Part shown: one piece after another, positions 40,201-53,600 of the stretch
Position numbering within the stretch: the stretch's first letter is position 1
Layout of the letters: the number at the start of each line of letters is the position of its first letter
Origin: Penicillus capitatus
Taxonomy: Eukaryota; Plantae; Chlorophyta
Assembly: GCA_965649825.1 (NCBI GenBank)
Contig: OZ287694.1
Location: forward strand, 2,492,902-2,556,901
Reading direction: 5' to 3'
Length of the DNA: 64,000 nt
The notes under the pieces: model-generated
What the model saw: the letters and a program-made list of their open reading frames with translations, nothing else
Told to the model about the DNA's origin: nothing
Database searches by the model: none
Program-made: the position numbers and the translations under genes

Positions 40201-42945
40201 TCCAAGAAAACATCCTTCACATCTGCGGCAACAAATCTGGAGAAGAACTCCGTGAACAGGACCTAGAGCAACATCTATGTGCTGTCTGGTCTAGAAGCCA
40301 GAGATGTACATCGATCTGTTCGTTCAAAATACAGATGTCCATCAGCAATCCTGCAATGTCTTGAAGCTCCATTGATTCCGTTTGTTTTGTCTTCAACGCC
40401 CAGTCAAGAAATCGGATGGCGACATCTGAAGTCGTCTTGGTGATGAGGTCGACATTTCTTCCTCCAAGATGCGCCTCGGCTAGTCTAGAAGAAACGGAAT
40501 CGTTGTTTCGACTAGAAAGGGTTCTCAGTTACCCTTCGCGGTAAGTTTGGTTGGTGGCCTGACAGTAGAAAGCCGTCAAGTAGTGCAATGCCATCATCCA
40601 TTTTTCTATGTCAACGAGAATGGATATCGAATCCATCCATTCCAAGAAGTGGCACGTTTTAGTGGCCATATTGCCAAGCACTGTCACAACAGGTCCTGCA
40701 CCACAAGGGACATTCATTCCCTTTTATCCACACGGATCAAAATACGACGGACCTGATGCAGAAACTGAAGGAATGGAGGTGTGCATCTCTGTTGGCTCTG
40801 TTCGGAGAGGATACGATATTGGATAGTCGTCAACCTCAACCTGGAGAATGTACAGTTGCCATGCATGGAGATCCAGGGCTGGAATCCTATGACACCTGAT
40901 CCAGAATACGGAGCTTGGTGTCGAACAGGAGGAACTGACAGAGGATGCCTCGGCTTCGAATCACCCCCAGTCTCTCATTGGGCAACCAGCATGCATAGAT
41001 AATGGCTCCATCCTCATCTACAGAACCACTTGACACAATCATCCACGTCTGTCCAGAATGACCAGTGCCTGAGGATTCCCATGTCGCGATGCTTGCAATG
41101 TGTATTTCATGGGCCAGTCTGAACCACCCGGATGTTTCTATGGTGCGCGGGAGATGCCTAAAGGGTCAGTCAGAGTGTCAATACAGGTTCAAATAATACA
41201 ATATTGAATACTTGATGTTGGGGATATCTGGAGATGGATCGCCCAACAGTGGAACCACCAGAAGCGATAATTGCTTTTCCCAACCGATGGCAAGCACACC
41301 GCAGGGAATACAGCCATCTGAAAGACACACTCTGGATGCAGTGTTGTGTTGGCCAAGGCGCAGGTGATCTCTGCATTCATATGCACATGTGCACCTATTT
41401 CTGGATTGGCATGTGGTGCATATCGAACATGTCTGTTGAGGGGAGCCCAGCATGCGACTGCCACGACATCCTTTTCGATGGTGGCCGGTTTTGGAATCTG
41501 ATAGAAAACTGCCAGACGTCCTTCAGTCGATAGTCGCCCAATGCTGCAGATGTTCGGGTGACAGAGACAGAGCATTCCCTCGCCGAAAGGAGGAATGGGA
41601 TCCTGAAGGGTAACATGTCAGAAAGAGAACCATCATCGATCTCACATCTACCTGCACTGCTGCATCTTCGACGTCTTCGGGGAGTCTCATGATGGGAAAG
41701 ACGCAGATCAATAGTGGTTGTCTGTTTCCCTCAGACAACATCTTTGTTGAAACGGACATGCGCACCACCCAACTGGTCAATGTGTGACAGTACACTGCGC
41801 CATTGCCATCTGCTGAGAGCAATGTTGTCTGAGATCTGCCTGGTAAGAAGATTAAACTGTGTACTGCTCCTGCATGTCCTGAGAAGGCCATTCAACGCGT
41901 TAGAGTGTCATCTTCAAGAGGACACTGAACACACCTCCGATGCTGACGACACACTTCCTGTTGCTGATGTCCCAAATGGAGACGATCCCTTCTGCACTGC
42001 CAACTGCTAATAATAGCCTGTCTTTATCGGTGAAAGAAGAGAACGCTAAGGACGAAATGGTTCCAACCCCCTTTGCATCCGTAAGATCGAATAGCTCATA
42101 GTTCGGAGCGCTTTGCATAGAACTCGATCGAATCTGAATAATGACGAGACCTCTTGAGGTGCCCACGGCAGTGGCAAGACTCATGCCACGCAGCTGACGT
42201 TCACTGATAACCTAAGATCACATAAATGCGTCTCATGGTACGACAGCCGCAGTACTCCGTACTAGTGGAGTCCCATATCTTGCTTGATTCTGCAGTGCCT
42301 TTGACAGCGGTGTCTCCATGGATGAGACTCTGAGGGCAACGGATCCACCAATCATTCCACCCTGTGCATCAGGACGACCTTCAGGATTCCAGTCATCCTC
42401 GGCGCTTGACAGCGCATTCTTGATCCTCTCAAGCACTGTCGATCCGCTTCTCTCATCGTCCTCTTTCCACACTTTACAGACAGCCACTTCGACACCATCC
42501 AGTTCCGGATACAGATTCGTTGACGACTGGTTCTGCCCTTGTGCTTCTTGAATCTCTCCGGAAGGAGGCACAGGAGGACTCTGTTCTGTCGTTCTGGTGC
42601 TCGGTGCAAAGGGGCTCAGAGTCGATGATTGTGTCGATGGGGGTCTGGGCAGTGATAAAAGGGAAACAGCAGAGGGCTCTGAACTCTCTGCAGGATTAGC
42701 TTCGGCTGACTGGGAGTCTTCTAAACTCGAAATTGCCGCCTCCAGTTCCTCTTCCTCGAACAACTGCGTCTCAGTAGAAAGATCGAATTCTTGGTTCTCC
42801 CCTAAGTAGTCTCCCTCAATGACACGCATCCCGTGCGACACTAAGAAGAGCGCAATGGGACCTGGGATGCGAGCACCTGTGATAGGGTTTCTTCATCGTC
42901 CGACAAAAGGTCGTTTAGCAGCGCGGCCAGTCGTTCGTCGCTCAT
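37295..42945 (-). CDS. VPS8: CORVET subunit VPS8 (start at 42945 or 42829)
   Basis: N-terminal beta-propeller (AVGTSRG, LLSADGNG), LEPYIL-type core, CHCR-like region (YVNLLCEYDPDNVLPFL, AAYLLEREGDV). Confidence 0.85.
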
Positions 42946-43043
42946 GTCTTTTCGAAAGGGACGAGTGAAGGACAAGACGAATCTGTTTAACGAGTCTATG
43001 ACATCATTAATTGTTAAGTTAGATGGGTGACATCTGTCGTCAT

Positions 43044-46000
43044 TCACACTCCCAGTGTCCATACATCAAGTAAGAATGGAGGAATGAACCTCTCGGCACG
43101 TCTGCGACTCCATCCACCCAGTTCACACATTTCACAGACAAAGGCTACTGTTCTCTGCACTTCCTGAGGCAGAACCATCTTCACTCCAGCGGCAGCTATC
43201 CCCTGAGCAGTTGCGCCGGTGGCTGTTTTCAGATAGGCACGGACACATTGTCCAACATGTTGTAAAAACTGTTCGGTAACGGAAGGAACGTACTGCAAGA
43301 AGACCATTCAATAAGGATGTAGACAGAGATATGGACAGACGTACTTGATAGAGAACGGTCACAAGTCCTGTGGCAAAGGATTTGGCATCTGGGATAGTCG
43401 ATCCCAGTGGACGCATCAATGAAGCGGAGTGCTTGTTGAATTCATATTTCTGCACGATGGATACAGTGGCGAGGAACAGTATGATTGGCACTTCTGGAGT
43501 CGGCGGGTGTTCTGAGGCGTATCTCGTTTCCATTGTATTTACAAAGCCAGTGCTCTGCAAGATGCGGAAAACGCCTGTAATCACCAAAGCAGGTGTGGAT
43601 CCTGTAAACCGGAAGCATTTGTCGTTTACCTTCTGCTCCAGTGCCATGAAGAACAGGTGCACTAGCATTCGAGGAGGGAGAGTTGAAGATATCACATGAG
43701 CTTTCTGCTCCAAGCATAGACAGGTCGACAGACGACAACAAGAAATGACGAGACGATGTTTCACTAGGAAGGGTCTGAAAGCCTACAACAGTCACAGCCT
43801 AAGTACCGTCTACGTGCATTAACATTGTTCAACCTGAGGCGTCACTGTTTGCATGTTTTGTTTTGCGTGGATGGGTGGGACACCAAAGCGGATCAGATCT
43901 GCAGGAGGATGCAGCCTCGGATTGTTGAGGAAAGTACCTCTTCTTGATACGAAACAGCGTATTCTCTGGATGCAAATTTCCTGATGTGCAACAACAGGGT
44001 GTTACTCAACGACATCCAGGAAGAAAAGGCAGATACTTTCAAAGAGTGGTGGTTTTTGTCTGCTCACAGGTTCTTTGTCAGAAACCTCGCAGATCCGCAG
44101 ACTGCTGCCAGATGGAACTGGGCTCACAGGGGCAGACGGTTCAATTCTGACCGATGGTGTCTCCATGCTCGGATCTCCTTCGTTGTTCGGTGACTGCTCT
44201 GTAATGGTTCCGAGATGCGCATTCGCGTCCATGCCAATGGGTTTCCCATACTGAGCAAATGCGGACTCTGGTACGACATTTGGAATCTGGGGAGTCGATC
44301 CTTCGGCAGATCTAGTCGCCTCATCGTCCGCCGATTCATCATAGGCTTCCTGTTCTGTTCTTGAGGATGCTGGATGGTCTTCGAATAGACGAGCCTGAGA
44401 TTCAGATATCAGGAGCGCAGGCGTTAAGACATAGAAACAGAATGACCGGTCTGGGATTGGATGCCATAGCTTCTTCCTCTAAGAAGTTGGCATGTCCTGC
44501 CAGAGTAGAGTCAGAGAGATCACTGGCAGTGTCTCTAGCCATCGATGCCGTTTGACGCGAAATCTGGTTGGGTGAAGCAGGACAGCTGCTGAAAATGGCA
44601 TCCTTGTCTTCGACGAAGTCCGACAGCAACTTCATCGCGCGATGGAAGGCGACTGGGGCTCCTAGCCTGGTGAACACACTCTGGCACACATGTGCCATGC
44701 AGAGGACAGAACCCACAGTGATGTATTTCGACACTCAAGAGCAATCAGTTTCCTGATCAGCTGCGATTGTCCAATGGCAGCGATGATCTCGACAATCGGC
44801 AGCCACACGCGTGTGCCAATGCTGTTGATGGCATCGACATACCACATGGCACCATCGATCGGCACAGACAGTCCAGTACACGACTGGAGCTCTCTGGCAT
44901 AGGTGGACACGAGTTTCTGGCCACTCGTTTGTAAGGTGCATGCATCAGCACATATCTCTGGAGAAGTCCGCTTGAGTGAAGGAATGGAGGTAAGGAGAAT
45001 CTGAACCGTGGAGTTTCTTCATCAATTTGACCACTCTTGTTGCGAACAATGTGTCCAAGGCAGCCAGCCCTTGGACGCCAATGCTCTGACGAATCATGGT
45101 CATGGATGAACAGCCAAAGACTTCCGTTCCACTTGCATCAAGCCAGCAACCCTGCACAGAGTAGTGTGTCGTGCCTGGAGAGGTCAGTCGGACGATTTCT
45201 CTGGCCAGCCGCCCCAAGAACGTGCATGCCGAATCCGGATCGGTGACGACCTACCCAAATGCATGCATCTGTGATGATCATTCCAAGAATCTGCAACCGG
45301 TAAACTTACTGGCCTCTTTGATCCAGACTTGTTCGACTTGCCGTGCACCATCCACTTGTACTCGCGCCGAAGATTGATTGCGATGATGTGTGCCAATTCA
45401 CCTAGTAGAGCGGGGATGAGCATCACAAACACTGAAGACTGCTTCTTTGATCGAACCATGGAACAATTTACTCCCTGGGAGATCCAAACAATCCTGGGTA
45501 CATTCCAATGAGTGCAATAGTCCATCAAAGTATTCCTTCAGTTCTGTAACTCTGTTCTCAAAGTCGGCCCTTCCAGCAACGACTCCTGTGGAGAGGGATA
45601 CCATAGTATAGAGACGTATCTGCTGAATTCAAGAATATCATACCGGAGAATGCCTGACCGATGGACATCGGCCGGGTTCCTTTCAGCGTCACATTCTCGA
45701 ATGTAAACGGCGGCGGAGCGTGTTCAAATTGTAATTTCTGGTTTGCCAGGGATGAAAGCCTCTTTGCTATGTGGTTCTTTATCTTCCCCTCCAAGTCCTC
45801 TCTCAACTTCAAAGGTATCACATCTCCAAGACAGGACTCCACCTTTGTTAAGCCCTGGTGCAACACGTGCTCTTTTTAGCGCAGATGAAACAGTAGATCT
45901 TTCTCAACGGTTGAAAAAAGGGCGATCTCTGATGCCAGAGCAGCCAGTTTTTCGTAATTCCTGCTCGACTCATCAGCTCTTCTATGCCTGTGCTGTGAGA

Positions 46001-48693
46001 TTGGCTTAGCAACGAGGCCAAATCTCAAAGAAGGCACTTTGGAGCTTCCATTTCGCCTATGCAAGATTTCTTAGACTGTCCGTCGGGAGAACTGAGTGCC
46101 TTAATTTTTCCGACTGTGTCCGGAGAATCGTCATTTGATCAAGTGCATTGCAGATGCACTCAGGCACGTGGTTAAACACTCTTTCGCCGAAGGATCTGAG
46201 AAGAGACTCACGGTAGTTGTCCAGCTGAGAGCTCACAGGGTCCTCCTCTAAACATCACAAGTCTTGCCCGGTGCCGAATTCAGAACGCGGAATGATTATA
46301 CGTGATTGCGGATCTTCATTGCTCTCGGGTGTACAACGAAGAACGGATCGCATCTTCATCAACAGACTTCCAATCTTCTCCAGATTGACAGGAGCCAATC
46401 GAACGATGTTTTGGATGATCCTCATGAAGTGTTCGTGCTTCCACAAATGGCAGGCATAGGAGAAGTCAGATGCCACACTCAGTGTGTCCAAGATTTCCTG
46501 CACGAATACCCTTGTCCCCTAAGAGTGCATGTACAATTGCCTGTGCCTACCTGACGGACACTCATGAGGTGCTGGATGACGACCAGATTACTTCTGACGT
46601 CGTTCACGAGTTTGCGGCTGTTGGCTGTGCAGTTGTCAAGCTGTCCAATATTGACAATCTCATCGAAGGTTCTCTGGACAGAACGTGCCTGAGAAAGGAA
46701 CTGAACACACAAGACTCCGTTGCTCTGAAGCGAACCTTTTCTCCAGCTTCGCTCCGAGAGATAGTTCCGAGAGCATCGACTTCAGCAGAGAGGCATTTCA
46801 GCCAATAGATCAGATGGGAATCTTGATTGGACGCTGTCGATTTCTTCTGCTGTGCGTCATTGGTCTCGATGAGAATTCTACTGAATGGCACAATGTGCAG
46901 AGTGTGCTTCGAGTGATTGGCTAGACGACCTGAGGTTGTTCTTTACAATACTGCAAGCACTCTCAATTCGATCTTGTCGCGTCTCGATGAGCTGTTGATA
47001 GATACGGAACATCTTGAACTCCAGTGTCGCTACATTAAGAAGAAGGCGTGCGATGCTTTCGCCATCCGTCTGATCTGGAACCTGGAAGATGCAACATGAC
47101 GGACAGAGGCAGACAGGCATGTGTCTGCTTCGTACCCAGTTTCCTGAGAAAGAATGAAGCAGCAACCAGCGCAGAGTGACATTTGCTTCTCTCACAAGAC
47201 TGAATGTATCTGAATTGTGTCGGAGGAACACTTCTATCTGCAGATTGGCAGTAGTCAGATTCCTGCACAGATGTGGACAATGCCAATGGATCGGGACAGT
47301 CCTGTGAACGACCTTTCAATTTCTCTGGCCAGTGCATTGACCTTATCCCAATGTTCATGACTGATTTTGCTCCGTTTCCCTCTTGTGAGTACATTCTTCA
47401 ATGCATTCTTGGCAGCACGATACCCATCCCACTCAAATCTCAGATTTGCCGTATATCCACTAAACCAACTGACGACCCACCGATCTGAAAACAGTCTAAA
47501 GACCACAAGACAAAGCGTCTGATACAGGGAAATGACGATTGAGTACAAACCTTTCCACCACTTGATTCATCATCTCCGCATCTCTGTTCAGGATGTCCGG
47601 CACAAAGTAAAGCAAGACAAAGGCATAGGCTGATTGACGGGACATGGCTGTTGTTCTGGACCACAAAGAACAGGCAGGCGTCATTGCGTCAGCGACTTCG
47701 CAGCAAAGTCTCGCTACCTATGTGCTGGATTAGGATAGTGTTTCAACATCCCACAGACATCCATCTGCAGCAGTAGTGCCAGTATAAATCGCACCGCCTT
47801 CTCTTGAATGGGAAAGTTCCTGAGGTAATTCTGAGGATAGCCTAAACAACGAATCAACGACGGTTTTGGAGTCCTGCATCCGTTAGTCACTCCATCTGAC
47901 CTTGAGGAAACTTCATTCCCGGTATATATCCAGTCCTCTGGCAGAGCTTCATGAGACGGTCATTTTCGAGAACCAAATCCACGATACCAGTGTACCGAGC
48001 ATGAGCCACGATCAATCGTTCTCTTGTTAGACCTTGGCCAAACGTCGCATCATCTCCTGCCATGCTTCAGTGTTGGACATTACCGGGCAAGCATGTATCG
48101 ACCAACAGAAGGAGGGCCCCAACATTGTAAAGCAGCTCTATCAACAGGGAAAGGCTTTCCGGGTCCTTCACACAGACAACCAACCATCGTCCTCGGTGAA
48201 TTGTCATCGACATCCAAGTGATCGGACTTGAGACACAGATTCCAGACTGTCTTGTGTATACTTCTGACGTTCAATGTCTTCGACAAGGTCATGCACTTGT
48301 TGGTAAAACGCAACCACTTGGTAAAGCACATCGAAAGCTTGGCGACATATGTCATGCAGTTCCTGGAAAACAGAGCCACATTTTCAGAGAGATTGGAGTG
48401 AAATCTGTTCATGCTTGTTGACTGCGCGTAAAGAGCCTGTTCAGAAAGCTGCTCTTGGAGAGCTTCACGGTTTCATTATCGACGTCTTTGAGGAATCTGA
48501 AATCGGCAAGGACAGGAGAGAACTCCGACTTCGTTTCTGTGAAGGCTGGCGGGAGGTCTGCGCTCAGCTGTTGCACTTGAGCGTGGAAGCCATAGCCCGA
48601 GTCCAGCAGACGTCGCAGCACAGGGACGACACTCGATGGGGGGTTCTCGGAAGCCGTTGTTGACGCCGCGCTTTCAGTGGCATCGCCATCCAT
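43044..48693 (-). CDS. WASHC5: WASH complex subunit strumpellin
   Basis: N-terminus follows the strumpellin pattern (RRLLDSGYGFHAQVQQLS..VLADFRF); VSDFSYA-like LSVASDFSYA; PPPFTFE; C-terminal FIPPFLLD. Confidence 0.8.
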
Positions 48694-48859
48694 CGCTGGG
48701 CAAATGCAATGCGGCGTCGAGATTGGAGACGTCGCGATTCGCCTTGAGAAACAAAAAGTCTGTTGATGTGACAGTTCTACATTGAGTCCGTCAATGCAAT
48801 GCTTTGAGAGATGAATGCAGAGAAGGGAAAAGCGACTATTACAGCGAAGCGCTTTATTC

Positions 48860-49404
48860 CGATGATGTTCTCTTTGTGATGACGTGTTGAAGCCTTGACT
48901 TCAGGTAGAGAAGGATCTCTTTCAATGTCACCATGTCACTACGCCGGAAACCGAACAAGAGGGGTCGCTTCGTACTTCTTCGAGCTCGACAGCGTTACCA
49001 GTGGCTGGGTCTGGGCAGAAAGAATGGAGAAGGCACCCGAAAAGTCGTCGTTTTGTCCGATCCTCGTGCTATCTTTTCACCTTTTCCATATGCAGCCGCT
49101 ATCAGACAAGAGGTTTGCGCTGTTCTTTTATGGTAGCGCTTGGCCAGTTCAGAACAAAAAAACCGATAAGTATCTTACGTACACGTCTGCCCTTTACGTC
49201 AAAGCAGACCTCTTTCCCGACTGGATCGAAGAGAAGTCGTCCAGGAGATGTGGTTGCTTGTTAATTCTTACCTGCATTAGTTTACAGCATACGCAGCATA
49301 GAAGCTCTTCGAAGCACAAAAAAGGCATTCGATCCAGGAAAGGTGTAGAAAGATGCCTGAAACAGAAGAAAACTCGTCGTGGATCTCTTAGGCATGTGAC
49401 TTAG
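48860..49404 (+). other. Possible exon fragments of an unidentified gene
   Basis: 169-aa ORF with internal intron-like segments; no family recognised. Confidence 0.15.
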
Positions 49405-50602
49405 CGCAGTTGGCTGCCTTCCAAGGAGGAAATGCCGCCTGTGATTTGTGTGGATGATGCATCTGATGTCAAGGGGTTTATCTGAAAGATTGTCTGGACA
49501 TCGATCCTGTCTACGCTGCTGATATCAGTACAAACTGAATCTCTTTGTCCTGGGACTCGATGCCGTTTGCACAACACATGCAGGCCACTCAATACTCTCT
49601 TAGCTGTCCGGGTTCAGTGAAGAACTTCTGCCGCAGAGGAAGAGAAGACAAACGTCGAGGTCTCAGCTGGTCAGTTCTCTCTTAACATCAAACGTATATG
49701 GCGTCGTCATTATCTCGCCCGTGTACCAAATCGGCAATTGTGGTTTCTCTTTGGAAAGCAATCGATTCCACAGTTGGAACTCATCAGTTCTGTTGCGTTT
49801 GTGGATTTCTGTGCAAGACTAGCACGAACCGATAGTGTGACCAGATTTGCAGGCAAAAGAATCAGTGAAGCAGAGACTTGGAAACAAGTGGAAGGAAACA
49901 AACAACCAGGTCAAGAAAAACCGTTGTATGTATTACAGATGGCTGAACACAAATAACGGTGAATCAATTCGTCAACTGTGAACCATCGTCTTACTTCCAT
50001 GGTCTAACATAAGGGCAGAGAATCGCAGTGCCGTGCAGCCCATTAAACAGGTACAGTGTTTTAACCAATGAAATATGTGTGTGCGGATGCACATTGTGTA
50101 TTTCTATAGGTGGAGACTACTGATGATCGGTTCTCTGAACTGATACCCAACAACATGCGCCACGGCGAAGTAAAGAGGAGCTAGTATATAGCCGCGGCAA
50201 GCCGAGCTCGGGTTTCAAAGAGATCTTTCTCGAAAGAAAGACAACCGAGGAAGACGGCGCAATGCAAGGTCTGGTTGCATCGTACATCTTTTTTGAAGGA
50301 TATCTGGGGCAGCATGACACATCATTTGTTCGGAATTCCATCCGTCTTCAGGGTAGGAAACGCATCCAAGTTCACTGAATCTACTCTCGCGTTATGTAGA
50401 TAGCTGCTCAACAGAAAGTTGAATATCAGAATGATAAAGAATGCGTTGAATCGACGATGATCAGCCACAATCGACGACGATGGGAACATCTGACTCGTCT
50501 TCTCCACTGAGAACTTTTCTGTGAACTTTCTGCGCGTAGTAGTTTTGTTCGTTGCGTTAATCGGCAAGCGACACTGCTCTATTGCGCTGTCTACAATCAA
50601 GC

Positions 50603-53600
50603 ATGCAATCCCTAGCTCCGGACGAAGGACCCAGTGGCATCGGGACACCGCCCGCCTTGGGAATTGACCGTCGAACTGTAACTGAATCCACATGTGTGGA
50701 AACCTCGAGAATTGACCGTCGACCTATTACTGAAGCCACAAGCACGGAAGAGCGTGACGACCCAAGACTGTTGCGCGCTGTAGCGAAGAAGTACAAAATC
50801 GACAGCATGAAGACATTGGTCGCGGCGTACAACTCGACGACGGATGAAAACGAAAGAGCTGTCTTACTCGGATGGTTACGCAAGTATAATGAACGAAGCG
50901 CCGAATGCCTTGTGTCGAAGGTTGTTTTTGAGTACTCGGAACTGTCCAAAGTCACATTCTGTTCCACAAACGACGACGGCATTTTAGGAAACGTATTCCG
51001 TACCCTTTGTTCCTGCATCTGCAAAGAAAAGGCTCTCGAACCGAATTTCGCCATCTCTCTCTGCAGCGCACTTGTGCACATCGATCCTGCCGCCTATGGT
51101 GGCGCTCCAGAGCTGGTGGCGCTAGCAATGAAGCTTCTGGCCAGTATTTCTCCGAGACCGAAGCTCGCGCGAAAGAACTTTGCGCGCCATGAAGCCACCT
51201 TTCTCGCGTTGCATCAAACTTTTTTTCTGCTTATGAACAGTAATCAAAACGAGATCAATGAAAAAGAAAAACAAGAGCTTCGTCGAACCATTGCGTCGAA
51301 GGAAGAAGAAATGGAGCTCTCGTGCGAATACTATCCTGTGAATTTTCATTTCACAGCACTTCGTCAGGCGGCAGAACACCTCAAACATAAAGACACTACT
51401 TCACGAGCTGCACAAATGAAACAATATCTTATTTGTGGGTTATGCGGATTCGTGTACGTTTTTCATTTCCTAAGAAATCTGGCAAAGTGTGACATCGACC
51501 CTGAGGCTATTCAAGATGCATACAGAAGAGGTCGAGTTGCCATTGACAATATGGGAGTGGCGAAGAGACCATGGTTTGATTTGTTTCGAAGCCTGATGGG
51601 GAAAAGATTAGAATTGTCGAAGGACGAAACGAAGCTCGGGCTTTTCTTATCCGAGTTTGATGCTGCAATGGAATTGCAACAGAAGATGATAAAAGAAAAA
51701 AACTTGAAGGCTCTAAGATTCAGTATCATTCAAGAGATGAGGCTGGCGGCAAAGCAGAGTGCTAACGAAACTGTGCGTAAAGAGATCACGACAAAGCTAT
51801 TGATGCTTTCGGCAAGACGTGCAATCTTTGAAGAGTGGTTTGAAGATGCAGATATCTTTACAGCTTTCTTGGATACTTTACACGAAATCCACAGAATAAG
51901 TGATGATAATCAAGAAACAACCGAAGCGTTCTTGCAAATGCGACAGTCTTGCGAGGGGCGTGCTGGAAGCACGTTGACAGCGTGGCTAGATGGTGACGCC
52001 ATGGAAAACAAGCTTCAAATGCGACATCAACAAGAAGCATACGCAGAGCGCCATAAGGTCTTTGTCAAGATTGCTCGGGATGTTGGATACATCCCCTTAA
52101 ACAAGATTCGGTCTAACGTCAAAGATCTGAAAGACAAATACAAGCATGACATCTTCGCTAATGTGAGTATAATCTTCATAATGTATCAATTGAATTAAGA
52201 TCATGTCCGTTTCGAAGGTGCCTTCATTGTTCGGAACGGAAGTCGGACATCACGTAAAAGAAATGGAGCATTATGTTGTCGTGTACGAAGAGGTTGAACG
52301 GACGATGATTAAAAGAAGAGAAGACCAAGCAGAGAAGGGGGAAGTAGAGGATTCGTCAACTCGAATGAAGGATCACCCAAGAGAACACTACGAAAAGAAA
52401 AAAAAGGTCGCAAAGCCCGTTTCTCTAGAGGATCTGTTTAAAACAAGATCTTTGAAACCCGGCGATCCGGAAAGGGAAGTTAAGAGGGTTCTTCTCTACG
52501 GAGATCCTGGCTCCGGAAAAACGTGTATCAGCAAGGCCATTGCACATAAGTGGGCACTAGGGGAAACGATGCAAGAGTTCGAAGTCATCTACGTCGTTCC
52601 GATCAGACGTGTTAACGTCGCAAAGTTCGAAGGACCGCAAGGCTTGACATTAAAGGGCGTGATTGCACAAGTGTGCTTCCGCGAGAGAGACGACGTCGAA
52701 TACGAAGATCTCTTGCGTCAAGTCGAAGGCGACCTCGATTCTCCCACCACTCTGCTGATGTTTGACGGATTAGATGAAGCTGGAGAAGACGTCAGAGAGC
52801 TCGTTCGGTCGGCGGAGGATCGTTTGTGCAAGCTGCTAGTACTGACGCGCCCGTACAATCTCCAACAGATACGAGCAAGAGTAGATTGCCAGTTCGAGTG
52901 CCTCGGATTCAGCGACCAGCAACTAACAAACTACGTATACAGAGAACTCCAGAAAGACGAAGCATCGAGACTCCTCCATTCTTTGCAACAGGATCGAAGC
53001 ATGTGGGAGATCGCACACACTCCGGTAACGGCGCATATTCTTTGCTCTTTGTCGAGAGAACATGGCATCACCGTTAAAGATCAAGGAAAGAGGGCGAGCA
53101 CGTTTCAGATATACAACAACATGACAAATTTTATGTGGGAGAGATTTAAGGAAAAGCCCGAAGCGAGAACGGTGAACAAGGATACTGTTTTCAGCGATCT
53201 AGAGAAGATAGCTTTCGAAGCACTTCGGAGTGGACAAATACTAGTCGAAGGACGGACTGTCAAAAGCCATGCAACGTCCACAAACACCACTGCAATCTTT
53301 AAGGAGAGTGGATTCCTTCTATTCGTTCTGGAGGGACAACAATATCAGTTTCCTCATCTCACCTTTCAAGAGTACTTTGCGGGGCGATTTATTGCTCGAA
53401 GCTTGAAAAACAAAGGTTCGGATGAGGAGAGACGAGTACTTAAGTTCATTCAAGAAGGAAAGTATAATCAAAAGAATGCTTTGACAATGTCCTTAGCAAT
53501 GCACGCTTTAGCACAAAGGCGATGCACGTTTGCATTGCAAGAGTTGCTTTCGATTTTCGACGAAAACCCCGTCGAGGTTCTTGGAATACAGCACTTTTTC

